IMG/VR virus record: IMGVR_UViG_3300034073_003340
Span: 371,857 to 435,856 of that record
Direction: 5' to 3' (one strand)
DNA length: 64,000 bases
Positions 1-7,922 of this stretch are shown piece by piece. Below the pieces are notes generated by a model that ran no database searches, was not told where the DNA came from, and saw only the letters and a program-made list of their open reading frames with translations. Position numbers and translations under genes: made by a program. How positions within the stretch are numbered: position 1 is the stretch's first letter; each line of letters opens with the position of its first letter.

Positions 1-2
1 GT

Positions 3-128
3 CCTGGTTATATTGAATTCTATATGCCCAACCGTGGACTAGCAGCGTTATTCATACTAAGTTGGATCGGTGAGGAATCTGTGATGAAGAACAAGCCTGT
101 GCCCCGACCAGGTGGGGATCTCTGCTAA
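3..128 (+). CDS. 3' end of a gene running in from the window edge; possible member of the small FKL-motif family
   Basis: My translation of frame 3 gives PGYIEFYMPNRGLAALFILSWIGEESVMKNKPVPRPGGDLC-stop. IEF...AALFILSW resembles the F...A-x-LFKL-x-W motif seen elsewhere in the window. Confidence 0.4.
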   Translation, partial: PGYIEFYMPNRGLAALFILSWIGEESVMKNKPVPRPGGDLC

Positions 129-189
129 CCTAGATATAGACGTGGCCCTGGTGTAATAAGTAAAATACACATATAAACAGAGGCCACTA

Positions 190-1542
190 ATGAATCAAAA
201 TAGCTCATCAGATTATATCCTAGACACCAGTCGCGAATACTCAATTTACGTTTGCGAAAGCCGAGCAATTCCAAAAGTTGCTGACGGTCTCAAAGACGCC
301 CAACGCAAGGCGTTATGGTTGGTTCGCAATAGATCAGATAAAACAAAAACCGTTTCGCTAGCTGGTGAAATGATTTCCAGCGGCCTTTATCTACATGGTG
401 ACCAAAGTGCGGCCGGGGCTATCAGCATGTTGGCTGCTCCATATGTTAACAATGTTCCACTTTTGGAAGGTATTGGTTCGTTTGGAACCCGAGTGGCACC
501 GGTAGACGGTATCGGCGCTCCGCGTTATACCTATGTCAAACGTGGAAAAGCGGCCCAAGATCTTATGTTTATGGATCTTGATATCGTACCGGTCAAAGAA
601 AATTATGACGGTTCCACTATCGAACCCCAAAACTTCCTTCCCCTCATCCCAACAGTGCTCTTAAATGGAGTCTCAGGCATTGCTGTTGGTTGGTCTACCG
701 AGATCTTACCCAGATCCTTTAAGAGCCTCGTAGACGCCACATTGGCCATTTTAGACGGAAAAAAGATCAAGCGTATTCCACCTTCCTATGATCTCTACGA
801 CGTGGGGGTCAAACACTTGGAGGATAATTCTTGGGAGTTCACTGGTAAGTTGGAGATTGTTGATACCAGCACGATCAAAGTTACCGAACTGCCTCCAGAA
901 CTCACGTTGGAGAAATTCAAAGAACGTCTCAACACCTATGAAGACGAAAATAAGATCTCTTCATATACTGATCGTTCAACTGATACCATTGATATCACGA
1001 TCAAAATGGCTAGAGGGTCTTGTAAGGGTTGGTCTTCTACTAGAGCTATTGAATATTTCAAACTCAAGCAGAAGAAGTCAGAACGTATTGTGGTTATCGA
1101 CTGGAATGGATCCTCTATTCGTCAGTATGAAAGCGCCGAAAAGCTTGTTGAGGATTTTGTTGAATGGCGACTGGGATGGTATAAGACCCGCTATGAAAAC
1201 AAAGTGGCCAAGGACGAATATGAACTAGGATTTTGGAAGGGGGTCAAGCTTTGCTTTGATGATAAACTTCCTGCTCGACTAGGTGCTATCAAGAGTCGAT
1301 CTGAACTAGATCAGGACGTCAACAACGTTACATCAAAGCTTGCCCTTGATAACAAGCGTATTGACCGCATCGTCAATCTCCCAGCTCATCGTTGGACCAA
1401 GGATGCGTATGGTGATGTTTTGGCCAAAATCAAAGAGCTAGAAGCTAACATTAAGGAATACAAGCGTATTCTAAAGGATCCTGAGGAGCGAAAGTCCATC
1501 TACCGATCAGAAGTAGAGGCTCTAAAAAAGACCAAGTTCTAA
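190..1542 (+). CDS. Type II DNA topoisomerase, GyrA/ParC-like (T4 gp52-like) subunit
   Basis: Motifs RAIPKVADGLKDAQRK, YLHGDQS, GAPRYTY (catalytic Tyr), PLIPTVLLNGVSGIAVGWST and ITELP; 450 aa, matching the T4 gp52 size class. Confidence 0.93.
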   Translation: MNQNSSSDYILDTSREYSIYVCESRAIPKVADGLKDAQRKALWLVRNRSDKTKTVSLAGEMISSGLYLHGDQSAAGAISMLAAPYVNNVPLLEGIGSFGTRVAPVDGIGAPRYTYVKRGKAAQDLMFMDLDIVPVKENYDGSTIEPQNFLPLIPTVLLNGVSGIAVGWSTEILPRSFKSLVDATLAILDGKKIKRIPPSYDLYDVGVKHLEDNSWEFTGKLEIVDTSTIKVTELPPELTLEKFKERLNTYEDENKISSYTDRSTDTIDITIKMARGSCKGWSSTRAIEYFKLKQKKSERIVVIDWNGSSIRQYESAEKLVEDFVEWRLGWYKTRYENKVAKDEYELGFWKGVKLCFDDKLPARLGAIKSRSELDQDVNNVTSKLALDNKRIDRIVNLPAHRWTKDAYGDVLAKIKELEANIKEYKRILKDPEERKSIYRSEVEALKKTKF

Positions 1543-1544
1543 GC

Positions 1545-1571
1545 AAATGGGGAGGCTCAGCCTCCCCATTT
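1545..1571. terminator. Bidirectional intrinsic terminator between convergent genes
   Basis: Perfect 12-bp stem AAATGGGGAGGC-tca-GCCTCCCCATTT. Confidence 0.85.
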
Positions 1572-1576
1572 CTTTA

Positions 1577-2830
1577 TCAGTAATCAAAGTTATCATCCAC
1601 CAACACGATATCTCCACTATGGGTGGTCTTGATCTTGATAGTATACTTGGTCACCTCATCAGGCATGTGGGTATGTGGTTGACGTTCAGGCTCGTGTAGA
1701 CTTCGGTTATATCCATAACTAAGGGTTCTTGCCGGTTGGGTGCTGACAAACTCACAATCGTTATCGATTTTGTCCTTGTCCCATGAATAGATCCAAACTT
1801 TATCAAAACCGTTGCGATTTCGAGCACAAGTTTCATGATACTGATTCATCGAGAAAGAGCACCAGCGATCTTTCTGTCCAGGCATGAAGCCAAAGAATGT
1901 CCCCTTTTTATATTTGCTGGCTTCCACAAACGGCAGAGTCTCCGGTATAATGATCAGATCACTTTTTTTTGGCGGCTGGGTTGTTACAGCTGAAATTCGA
2001 CCCCGGTAGCTGGGGCTAGTTTCGCTTACAGCTGAATGATAATGGTTGGTCTTAATAGTCTTGATACAAGCCGCATTGATCTCTTTCTCGGCGGCTTCCT
2101 GCGTCAGAGAGCCGTCTCCGGGAATGATTTCAGCCAACTTGGGCGTTGCGACGCTATCCCAGCTATCACCGTTCTTGAAGAGCCAGCGTTGTTTGTCACC
2201 TAGTATCTGAGCAATACTGGAGTAGCTATAAGAGCTATAAATGAGATAAAACTTTCCGTAGAAGATTCCTTCGTTGCCGTTCTGCATGACAACTTTGTCG
2301 CCAAGCTTGAGGTCTTTGAGGCTGGCCTTCTTGGCTGCTCGCTCCGTATTCTGCTGAGCGGCGCGATAGGCATCACTATCAACAGGAACCAAAACATTCT
2401 CTGATCCGAGCCGACCCCAAATCAACTGTTCCTGAATCTCACCCCTTTCCAGGGTACAGTTCATGATGATCTGAGCAAAGTTGGGGCTGGAAATTTCCAG
2501 CTCAAACCCACGCGGGTCTTCAATCCGCCATTTGACATTTCCTTGCCCAAAGCTACTTGAACGCCGAATTTCCCGTGAAAGCTTGAAACCCACCATGGGC
2601 TTGTTTTCATAGGTAACACTGGGGACTTTTTCCTGTTTGGGCTGACCATGATACTGATATGGAGTTGCCCATTTGTCGACACTTTCCTTGCGCTTCTTAG
2701 CCGCAGCGTCAGTGCCGTCTGGAGTCATAAACCCAAGCGGGCAGTTATCCTGAGAAGGGCGGCTTTGAAACCCCACATAATGATGTGAAGGGAATTTGAT
2801 ATCTTTGTTGTCAGCTGAAATCTTACTCAT
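1577..2830 (-). CDS. Conserved-looking large-phage hypothetical protein (417 aa)
   Basis: Long ORF with GAGG RBS; WRIEDPRGFELEISS block resembles uncharacterised jumbo-phage proteins (recognition only). Confidence 0.8.
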   Translation of the reverse strand: MSKISADNKDIKFPSHHYVGFQSRPSQDNCPLGFMTPDGTDAAAKKRKESVDKWATPYQYHGQPKQEKVPSVTYENKPMVGFKLSREIRRSSSFGQGNVKWRIEDPRGFELEISSPNFAQIIMNCTLERGEIQEQLIWGRLGSENVLVPVDSDAYRAAQQNTERAAKKASLKDLKLGDKVVMQNGNEGIFYGKFYLIYSSYSYSSIAQILGDKQRWLFKNGDSWDSVATPKLAEIIPGDGSLTQEAAEKEINAACIKTIKTNHYHSAVSETSPSYRGRISAVTTQPPKKSDLIIIPETLPFVEASKYKKGTFFGFMPGQKDRWCSFSMNQYHETCARNRNGFDKVWIYSWDKDKIDNDCEFVSTQPARTLSYGYNRSLHEPERQPHTHMPDEVTKYTIKIKTTHSGDIVLVDDNFDY

Positions 2831-2841
2831 AAATCCCTCTT

Positions 2842-3075
2842 TTAGCTTTGAAGTTTCAAAAACATCGCATATCGCTTTTCGATCTTTTCGATCGCTTCAA
2901 GATACGGTTTGGCGGCTTCTTCCGCCGCCAATCGTTTTGCTTGATTCATTTCCAGCTTGAGATCTTGTATTTGATTCCACATATCCGTGATAGCAGAACC
3001 TTCACTAAGGATCTCCTGCTCGGTTGACTCGGATTTACCCATCAACTGTTTACGGATATCAGCAAGAATACTCAT
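2842..3075 (-). CDS. Small coiled-coil hypothetical protein
   Basis: 77 aa, helical; start overlaps the stop of the upstream gene (ATGA-type coupling). Confidence 0.7.
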   Translation of the reverse strand: MSILADIRKQLMGKSESTEQEILSEGSAITDMWNQIQDLKLEMNQAKRLAAEEAAKPYLEAIEKIEKRYAMFLKLQS

Positions 3076-3524
3076 GCGAAGTTGACCTCAAACCCACACT
3101 GGCGCAGCTCTTCTATACTATTCAGTATACTCTTTTCACGATTTAGAGGATCATCGCCTGTCGAACGTTCCAGTTCAGCTGTTTGGACTGATGTCTCTGC
3201 TTTTTCAATAGCTGCCTTTGATTCCACCAAACCCAAATTGGTCATGCTCCGCAGGACCTTTATGGCCCGGATCTTGAATCCAATGCCGGATCCACCGCTT
3301 CGATAAAGATCATCATCAACAAGGCGAAATGAAATTCGGCCAGTAACTTGATATAGATTGGATAGCTTATTGAGGATCACGCGATCCTTCCATGACTTGC
3401 CAAGTGTTCCTTCAAGCGCAGAAATCGCTTGATTAGCAGTCTCCGCCCCAAACGTAAGGTTGACCACCCGCAGAAACTGCTGACTTATTTCGTCCAGCAA
3501 TTGGGTATCCACCTTGTTTTCCAT
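3072..3524 (-). CDS. Protein with C-terminal ribosomal protein bL12 (L7/L12) CTD-like domain
   Basis: KIRAIKVLRSMTNLGLVESKAAIEKA matches the bL12 consensus KI-x-VIK-x-VR-x2-TGLGLKEAK-x2-VE; ends ELRQCGFEV like the LEEAGA-x-V end of bL12; AGGAG RBS. Confidence 0.7.
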   Translation of the reverse strand: MENKVDTQLLDEISQQFLRVVNLTFGAETANQAISALEGTLGKSWKDRVILNKLSNLYQVTGRISFRLVDDDLYRSGGSGIGFKIRAIKVLRSMTNLGLVESKAAIEKAETSVQTAELERSTGDDPLNREKSILNSIEELRQCGFEVNFA

Positions 3525-3624
3525 AAAGTCTCCTATTACAAGACAGGTTGTATACTCTAGATAACATCTGTCAAGCTTCTAGATAAGTATTGTGATAGAA
3601 AGGAGACTTTGCTAGACAGAACGA

Positions 3625-4221
3625 ATGCCTTGGACCTTTGAACAGAGAATCCATAAAGCGTGTAATGCGTTGGTAGATCGTAGCCTGCTAGATGAGTCAC
3701 AGATCGAGACTCTTCGCAGACCACTATACTTTGGGCAGTACGCCTATAGTATTGGCTTATCTTTGAATCTGGCCCATTGGGGCGATTGGCGGGAAATCAA
3801 ACAATTTCTTCATGGAGTTTTTGAACCCATGAATGCCACAATTCAAAGCAATCAGCGGACCTATCAGTTTAATGCTTTTTCCAGCGATCCTAATATGCTT
3901 CGCTGGTTCATCCGTCATCAGTCCATGTTTACATTCAATCATATCCGCATTGTCGACAGATCGTGCTGGCATCTTAGTCTTCCCAAGCCTCGCCCCAAAG
4001 CGAAGTTTTATGGAGAGTTCGGATGGCGGTTCGAGTTTAAAGATTCAAAATGGGGATTGGATGCTGACAATGTTGCTGAACTTGATAAGCTGTCAGGCCC
4101 AGTCAAGCTGGTAACAAAACCACGCACCTTTCTCTATTTGGATAAGCTATCAGATGTTCTCATGTTCAAACTCATCGTAGGTGAGCAACTTCTGAGCTTG
4201 GATGACCGACATACCTTGTAG
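3625..4221 (+). CDS. Hypothetical protein with C-terminal FKL-family motif
   Basis: 198-aa ORF; ends FLYLDKLSDVLMFKLIVG. Confidence 0.7.
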   Translation: MPWTFEQRIHKACNALVDRSLLDESQIETLRRPLYFGQYAYSIGLSLNLAHWGDWREIKQFLHGVFEPMNATIQSNQRTYQFNAFSSDPNMLRWFIRHQSMFTFNHIRIVDRSCWHLSLPKPRPKAKFYGEFGWRFEFKDSKWGLDADNVAELDKLSGPVKLVTKPRTFLYLDKLSDVLMFKLIVGEQLLSLDDRHTL

Positions 4222-4227
4222 GTTTTG

Positions 4228-4257
4228 TTGACATCCAACCTCTCTCCGAGGTATAAA
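4228..4257 (+). promoter_or_regulatory. sigma70-type promoter for the SleB-like gene
   Basis: TTGACA-N18-TATAAA upstream of a GAGGTG RBS. Confidence 0.6.
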
Positions 4258-4290
4258 GGGAGTTCGGATCAACAATTCATGAGGTGATGG

Positions 4291-4833
4291 TTGAGATTTT
4301 TTGGATTAATGATGCTTTTCTTGTTCTGTTTGCTAACGCCAAAACCAGCCGAAGCAGGAACACTTACTAGATACCAGGGGCTGCATACTGCGGTTCGCAA
4401 AGCTGGACCACTGATTCCTCAGATTCAGCAAGCCAATGCGACCGATCAGGACCAGATGTTATGTATGGCACTTAACATCTATCATGAGATTCGAGGGGGG
4501 ACTTCTCGAGATCAGTGGGCGGTGGCGTTTGTGACTATCAATAGAACAAAACGGAGCGCGTTTCGTGCTCGTACGGTTTGTGCTGTTGTTTGGTCGCCAA
4601 GCCAGTTCTCTTGGACTCGTAAGCCAATGAAAGCACAGATACCGCGTGAGAAGTCAGCATGGGCAGAAAGCCAACGCAAAGCTGCCTTGATTCTTACAGG
4701 TGAGAGAATGAATGATCCTACGAACGGAGCGACGCACTTTAGTCGATCGCTCAATCAATCATGGGCTAGAAACCTGATTAACAAAGTTCGTATCGGAGCC
4801 CACTGGTTCGCGAGGTTGCCTGGCAGCAACTAG
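4291..4833 (+). CDS. SleB/Hydrolase_2-family cell wall hydrolase with signal peptide
   Basis: CMALNIYHEIRG (catalytic Glu), AVAFVTINR, TVCAVVW..QFSW and DPTNGATHF; hydrophobic N-terminus ending AEA. Confidence 0.88.
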   Translation: MRFFGLMMLFLFCLLTPKPAEAGTLTRYQGLHTAVRKAGPLIPQIQQANATDQDQMLCMALNIYHEIRGGTSRDQWAVAFVTINRTKRSAFRARTVCAVVWSPSQFSWTRKPMKAQIPREKSAWAESQRKAALILTGERMNDPTNGATHFSRSLNQSWARNLINKVRIGAHWFARLPGSN

Positions 4834-4858
4834 GATTTCCACAAACTCAAAAGAAAGA

Positions 4859-4887
4859 AGAGCCCGCCCCTAATAAGGGCGGGCTCT
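4859..4887. terminator. Bidirectional intrinsic terminator
   Basis: Stem AGAGCCCGCCC / GGGCGGGCTCT between convergent genes. Confidence 0.8.
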
Positions 4888-4911
4888 ATAGTTTTCGGAT
4901 AGTCTGATAAA

Positions 4912-5451
4912 TCAGCCAATATATAAGGCTGAATTTGAACCATGTTCAAAACATTCTACCGAAACAAGACGAACGTCCGGATTGACAGCATAACGACCCA
5001 ATTCGCCAGTCTTCATCTTTTCCAGTAGTTCAGATGCTTTATCATAAACCAACTTTGCTGTTAGTTCACATCCTACACCAGGAACGATCCTGAGGTTACA
5101 TACCCTTCCTTCTTCAAAAGGCTCAGCTTCGGAGTCAGGTTCTAGGCCATCGTAAACAGAATGAATGGAAAAGCTGGCTAGCTCTTTGAACTTTTCAAGG
5201 GCCGGATCATCCTTGGCGACCAAGATAGTGTGATCAAACATATAGTCTAGGTATTCCTTAATTGGCTTCATACCGCCAAAATCAAAACACCAGTTCTTTT
5301 CATCAAGGGTCTCTGATTCAAAGACAAACTTGAAGCCCAGACTATATCCGTGAAGCGTAGAACAGTGCGAGTGATTTGCCTTCCACTGACGGAAGCAACA
5401 GGAGAGACCACGGTCGGTTCCGTAGGTCTTGGTAGATTGAAACTTTGCCAT
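4912..5451 (-). CDS. queD: 6-carboxy-5,6,7,8-tetrahydropterin synthase (QueD/PTPS family)
   Basis: SCCFRQWKANHSHCSTLHGYS (Zn-binding His and Cys), WCFDFGG, FDHT, GCELTA and VECFEH..NSA. Start placed at MAKF (5451) rather than the track start 5466. Confidence 0.88.
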   Translation of the reverse strand: MAKFQSTKTYGTDRGLSCCFRQWKANHSHCSTLHGYSLGFKFVFESETLDEKNWCFDFGGMKPIKEYLDYMFDHTILVAKDDPALEKFKELASFSIHSVYDGLEPDSEAEPFEEGRVCNLRIVPGVGCELTAKLVYDKASELLEKMKTGELGRYAVNPDVRLVSVECFEHGSNSALYIG

Positions 5452-5550
5452 TTTTATGGTTCTCATTTTCGTGACACAGAATCTTTAAAGAGGGATGAGT
5501 CGTCGTCCTCTATCATTCATTTATATAGAACTGGACAAAAATCTGCAATA

Positions 5551-5579
5551 TAGACTTCACCAGAATTGAACCATATAAG
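5551..5579 (+). promoter_or_regulatory. sigma70-type promoter for the Smr gene
   Basis: TAGACT-N17-TATAAG, ending 8 nt upstream of ATG 5587. Confidence 0.45.
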
Positions 5580-5586
5580 GTCCAAT

Positions 5587-5961
5587 ATGTCACAGAATTT
5601 AACACCACAGGACCAAGCTATTTGGGATCAGGTTACCAAGGATGTGATACCTCTGGATAATCGCCCAGAGAAGCCCTGTGAGAACCTCGCTCGACTTAGG
5701 GTAGCCGAGCCCCGTAGCGTTCCTTTTAGCCCTCGTATGGACCTACACGGCGCTACAATACACGACGCTTTTGGTAGAGTACAGGAACATATCTATCAGG
5801 GTTCTCAGAATGGATATAAGAGGTTGATTATCATCACCGGACGTTCCGGACAAATCAACCAAGAACTACCAAGATGGCTAGAGAAAAACGCTCTGGTAAG
5901 ATCGGTCAAACAACTCTCAAACGGTGGATCATGGGAAGTAACAATCAAACCCGCTATATAG
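5587..5961 (+). CDS. Smr-domain (small MutS-related) endonuclease
   Basis: MDLHG...IIITGRSG...LPRWL...GGSW Smr core; N-terminal DQAIWDQVTKDVIPL resembles stand-alone proteobacterial Smr proteins. Confidence 0.85.
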   Translation: MSQNLTPQDQAIWDQVTKDVIPLDNRPEKPCENLARLRVAEPRSVPFSPRMDLHGATIHDAFGRVQEHIYQGSQNGYKRLIIITGRSGQINQELPRWLEKNALVRSVKQLSNGGSWEVTIKPAI

Positions 5962-6206
5962 ATGCTGATAAGCTCAAAGAAGCTTTGGCGTCCATGTACG
6001 CTGACTCTGGTACCAAATACACAAATGGGCAGATTGAGAGCCAAATCAATCAAATGATTTCTGGGGCGATCATGATCTCTCTCGAGGCTTTCAAGCACCA
6101 AATCATCGATGCGATCGATAAAGCATCAGTGCCCTACGACAAGTGTATGCTTTGTGTTCAGCGCGATTCCTGCATACCCCAGCATCCACTAGGTGAGAAA
6201 CCTTAG
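5874..6206 (+). CDS. Hypothetical protein (start uncertain, possibly 5931)
   Basis: ORF fills the gap downstream of Smr; C-terminal CxxC..C. Confidence 0.5.
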   Translation: MAREKRSGKIGQTTLKRWIMGSNNQTRYIDADKLKEALASMYADSGTKYTNGQIESQINQMISGAIMISLEAFKHQIIDAIDKASVPYDKCMLCVQRDSCIPQHPLGEKP

Positions 6207-6559
6207 ATCTCAATCTCTACATCACCACCATTGTCTTTGATATGACGCATGATGTCTAGACCATAAGGGGTGAACGTATAGGTTTCAATACTAGCAGGTT
6301 TGGATGAGTCGTCAGGCCAGTTCCAATCTATGCCACACTTGATCAGTCCAATCTTTTCAAGGCGGCGAAGTTCTGTAACTCTGAACCCTCGACAAATAGG
6401 AGCAACCTCCCTGGCTGTTAGAAAAAGCTCTTGACCTGGATCGCTTGCCAACTTCTTCATTACCAACCTGGAATTCATGACTTTGAGAAATTCATAGGCA
6501 GGTGATCCTTCGCTTATCACCGCGTAGTTGGATCCGTCGATTACCTCAATGTCATACAT
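6203..6559 (-). CDS. Hypothetical protein
   Basis: 118-aa ORF with GAGG RBS, last gene of a minus-strand run. Confidence 0.65.
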   Translation of the reverse strand: MYDIEVIDGSNYAVISEGSPAYEFLKVMNSRLVMKKLASDPGQELFLTAREVAPICRGFRVTELRRLEKIGLIKCGIDWNWPDDSSKPASIETYTFTPYGLDIMRHIKDNGGDVEIEI

Positions 6560-6573
6560 AATTGATCCTCTGA

Positions 6574-6873
6574 CTAATGGGTTTTACAGGCAAGCGTTCC
6601 TAGCCATACTAACTTGAAATAGATAGCATCTTGCTTGTTTTCAAAAGATATATTGTGAGGTGTCGTCGTATTATCAATGGAGTAACAAGCTTTGGTATGT
6701 TTGTTCAACCAAATTGTTTCTTCCATATTGGGTTTGCGAACCAGTCCAATCTGATATTGGTAATATTTGAGGGACTGGCGATGGGGATATCTCCAGACAC
6801 TAAGACGCTGGTGGTCTGCGGGAGTCAGCCGGTGCTTGATATCCCAATATTTCCGGCTCACTGTCCACTCCAT
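6574..6873 (-). CDS. FKL-family small protein
   Basis: IWLNKH...ISFENKQDAIYFKLVW. Confidence 0.7.
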   Translation of the reverse strand: MEWTVSRKYWDIKHRLTPADHQRLSVWRYPHRQSLKYYQYQIGLVRKPNMEETIWLNKHTKACYSIDNTTTPHNISFENKQDAIYFKLVWLGTLACKTH

Positions 6874-7148
6874 GTCAACTTGAACAATACAGCTTCATTG
6901 ACATCAGAAAACCAGATGTCAACCACAAATTGAAAAGCGATGTCGTTGCCATTGATATATATTGGCTCATAGGTTGAAACATAGACATCATTTTCGCAGT
7001 GGTCCCTTATCCATCTGCACATCTCGTCAGATAACGATGGAATAGATGATGACGATTCAATCTCAGGGTGATTTACTGGCAGGGCAACAGAGAAAAACCC
7101 AGCCTTTTTCCTGAATGTTTCGCTGCGGTTGTAGAGAAATATATTCAT
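6858..7148 (-). CDS. FKL-family small protein
   Basis: RWIRDH...IWFSDVNEAVLFKLTW; start overlaps the upstream stop. Confidence 0.75.
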   Translation of the reverse strand: MNIFLYNRSETFRKKAGFFSVALPVNHPEIESSSSIPSLSDEMCRWIRDHCENDVYVSTYEPIYINGNDIAFQFVVDIWFSDVNEAVLFKLTWSGQ

Positions 7149-7375
7149 AGGAAAGTTAGTTTAAACAGCAAAGCATGGTCAAGCTTTTCAAAACACCAAG
7201 TTACCACAAAATGAGGCTCGGGTGTTTTAACTAGTTTCCATCCCGCAGTCGTAACTCTACCTGTATTGTGGTCTTTCATCCATTGTTTGAACACCGGGGT
7301 CGCCACTGGATTATTTCTTATTCCCCTGGTTACCGTTAGACTGTTGGCCGGCACCGTGACATGATACTTTTTCAT
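7145..7375 (-). CDS. FKL-family small protein
   Basis: QWMKDH...WCFEKLDHALLFKLTFL; ATGA-type coupling. Confidence 0.75.
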   Translation of the reverse strand: MKKYHVTVPANSLTVTRGIRNNPVATPVFKQWMKDHNTGRVTTAGWKLVKTPEPHFVVTWCFEKLDHALLFKLTFL

Positions 7376-7635
7376 AGAAATGTCAACTTGAACATCGCCG
7401 CGTGGACCTGGTTGCTGAAGAAGATCTTGGTGGGAAGCTCTTTGATCAGGTTGTGACTAATGTTCATGATGATCCAGTGGTCACGAACTGGCGTGTATTG
7501 GTGTTGGTCAGGGTGGCGGAACTGTCGAGGCCCAACAACCCTTTCCAACCACTCTTCAGCTTCCTGGGTCAACTTTACCGCATAGCCTGGCATCCATACA
7601 CGATCATTGTCGCGATGGACGCTAATTGAAATCAC
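7372..7635 (-). CDS. FKL-family small protein
   Basis: EWLERV...IFFSNQVHAAMFKLTFL; ATGA-type coupling. Confidence 0.75.
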   Translation of the reverse strand: MISISVHRDNDRVWMPGYAVKLTQEAEEWLERVVGPRQFRHPDQHQYTPVRDHWIIMNISHNLIKELPTKIFFSNQVHAAMFKLTFL

Positions 7636-7922
7636 GAGAACTTGGCCTCGAACTCCTGAGCTACCTCGATTCGATCCTTGGGGAAGAACACGGTTGTGAT
7701 GTCGTGCTCGTCCGACGAACGCGAGGTCATGACCTCGATACCATGGCCCTCAATGAAGGCACGAGCCTCATCGCCGATCACCCAATGAAAGGTGTCCGGC
7801 CACTTGTGATCCGTTTCCTTCTTCATATGAGCGAAGCCGACCATGCGTACGGGAATACACAGGGCCTGCTTCGCCCGTATGCGCTCAAAAGCGGACATGA
7901 TCTCGGCGTGACGGTCGGTCAT
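7632..7922 (-). CDS. Small hypothetical protein, possible divergent FKL-family member
   Basis: Coupled ORF; ends VFFPKDRIEVAQEFEAKFS. Confidence 0.65.
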   Translation of the reverse strand: MTDRHAEIMSAFERIRAKQALCIPVRMVGFAHMKKETDHKWPDTFHWVIGDEARAFIEGHGIEVMTSRSSDEHDITTVFFPKDRIEVAQEFEAKFS

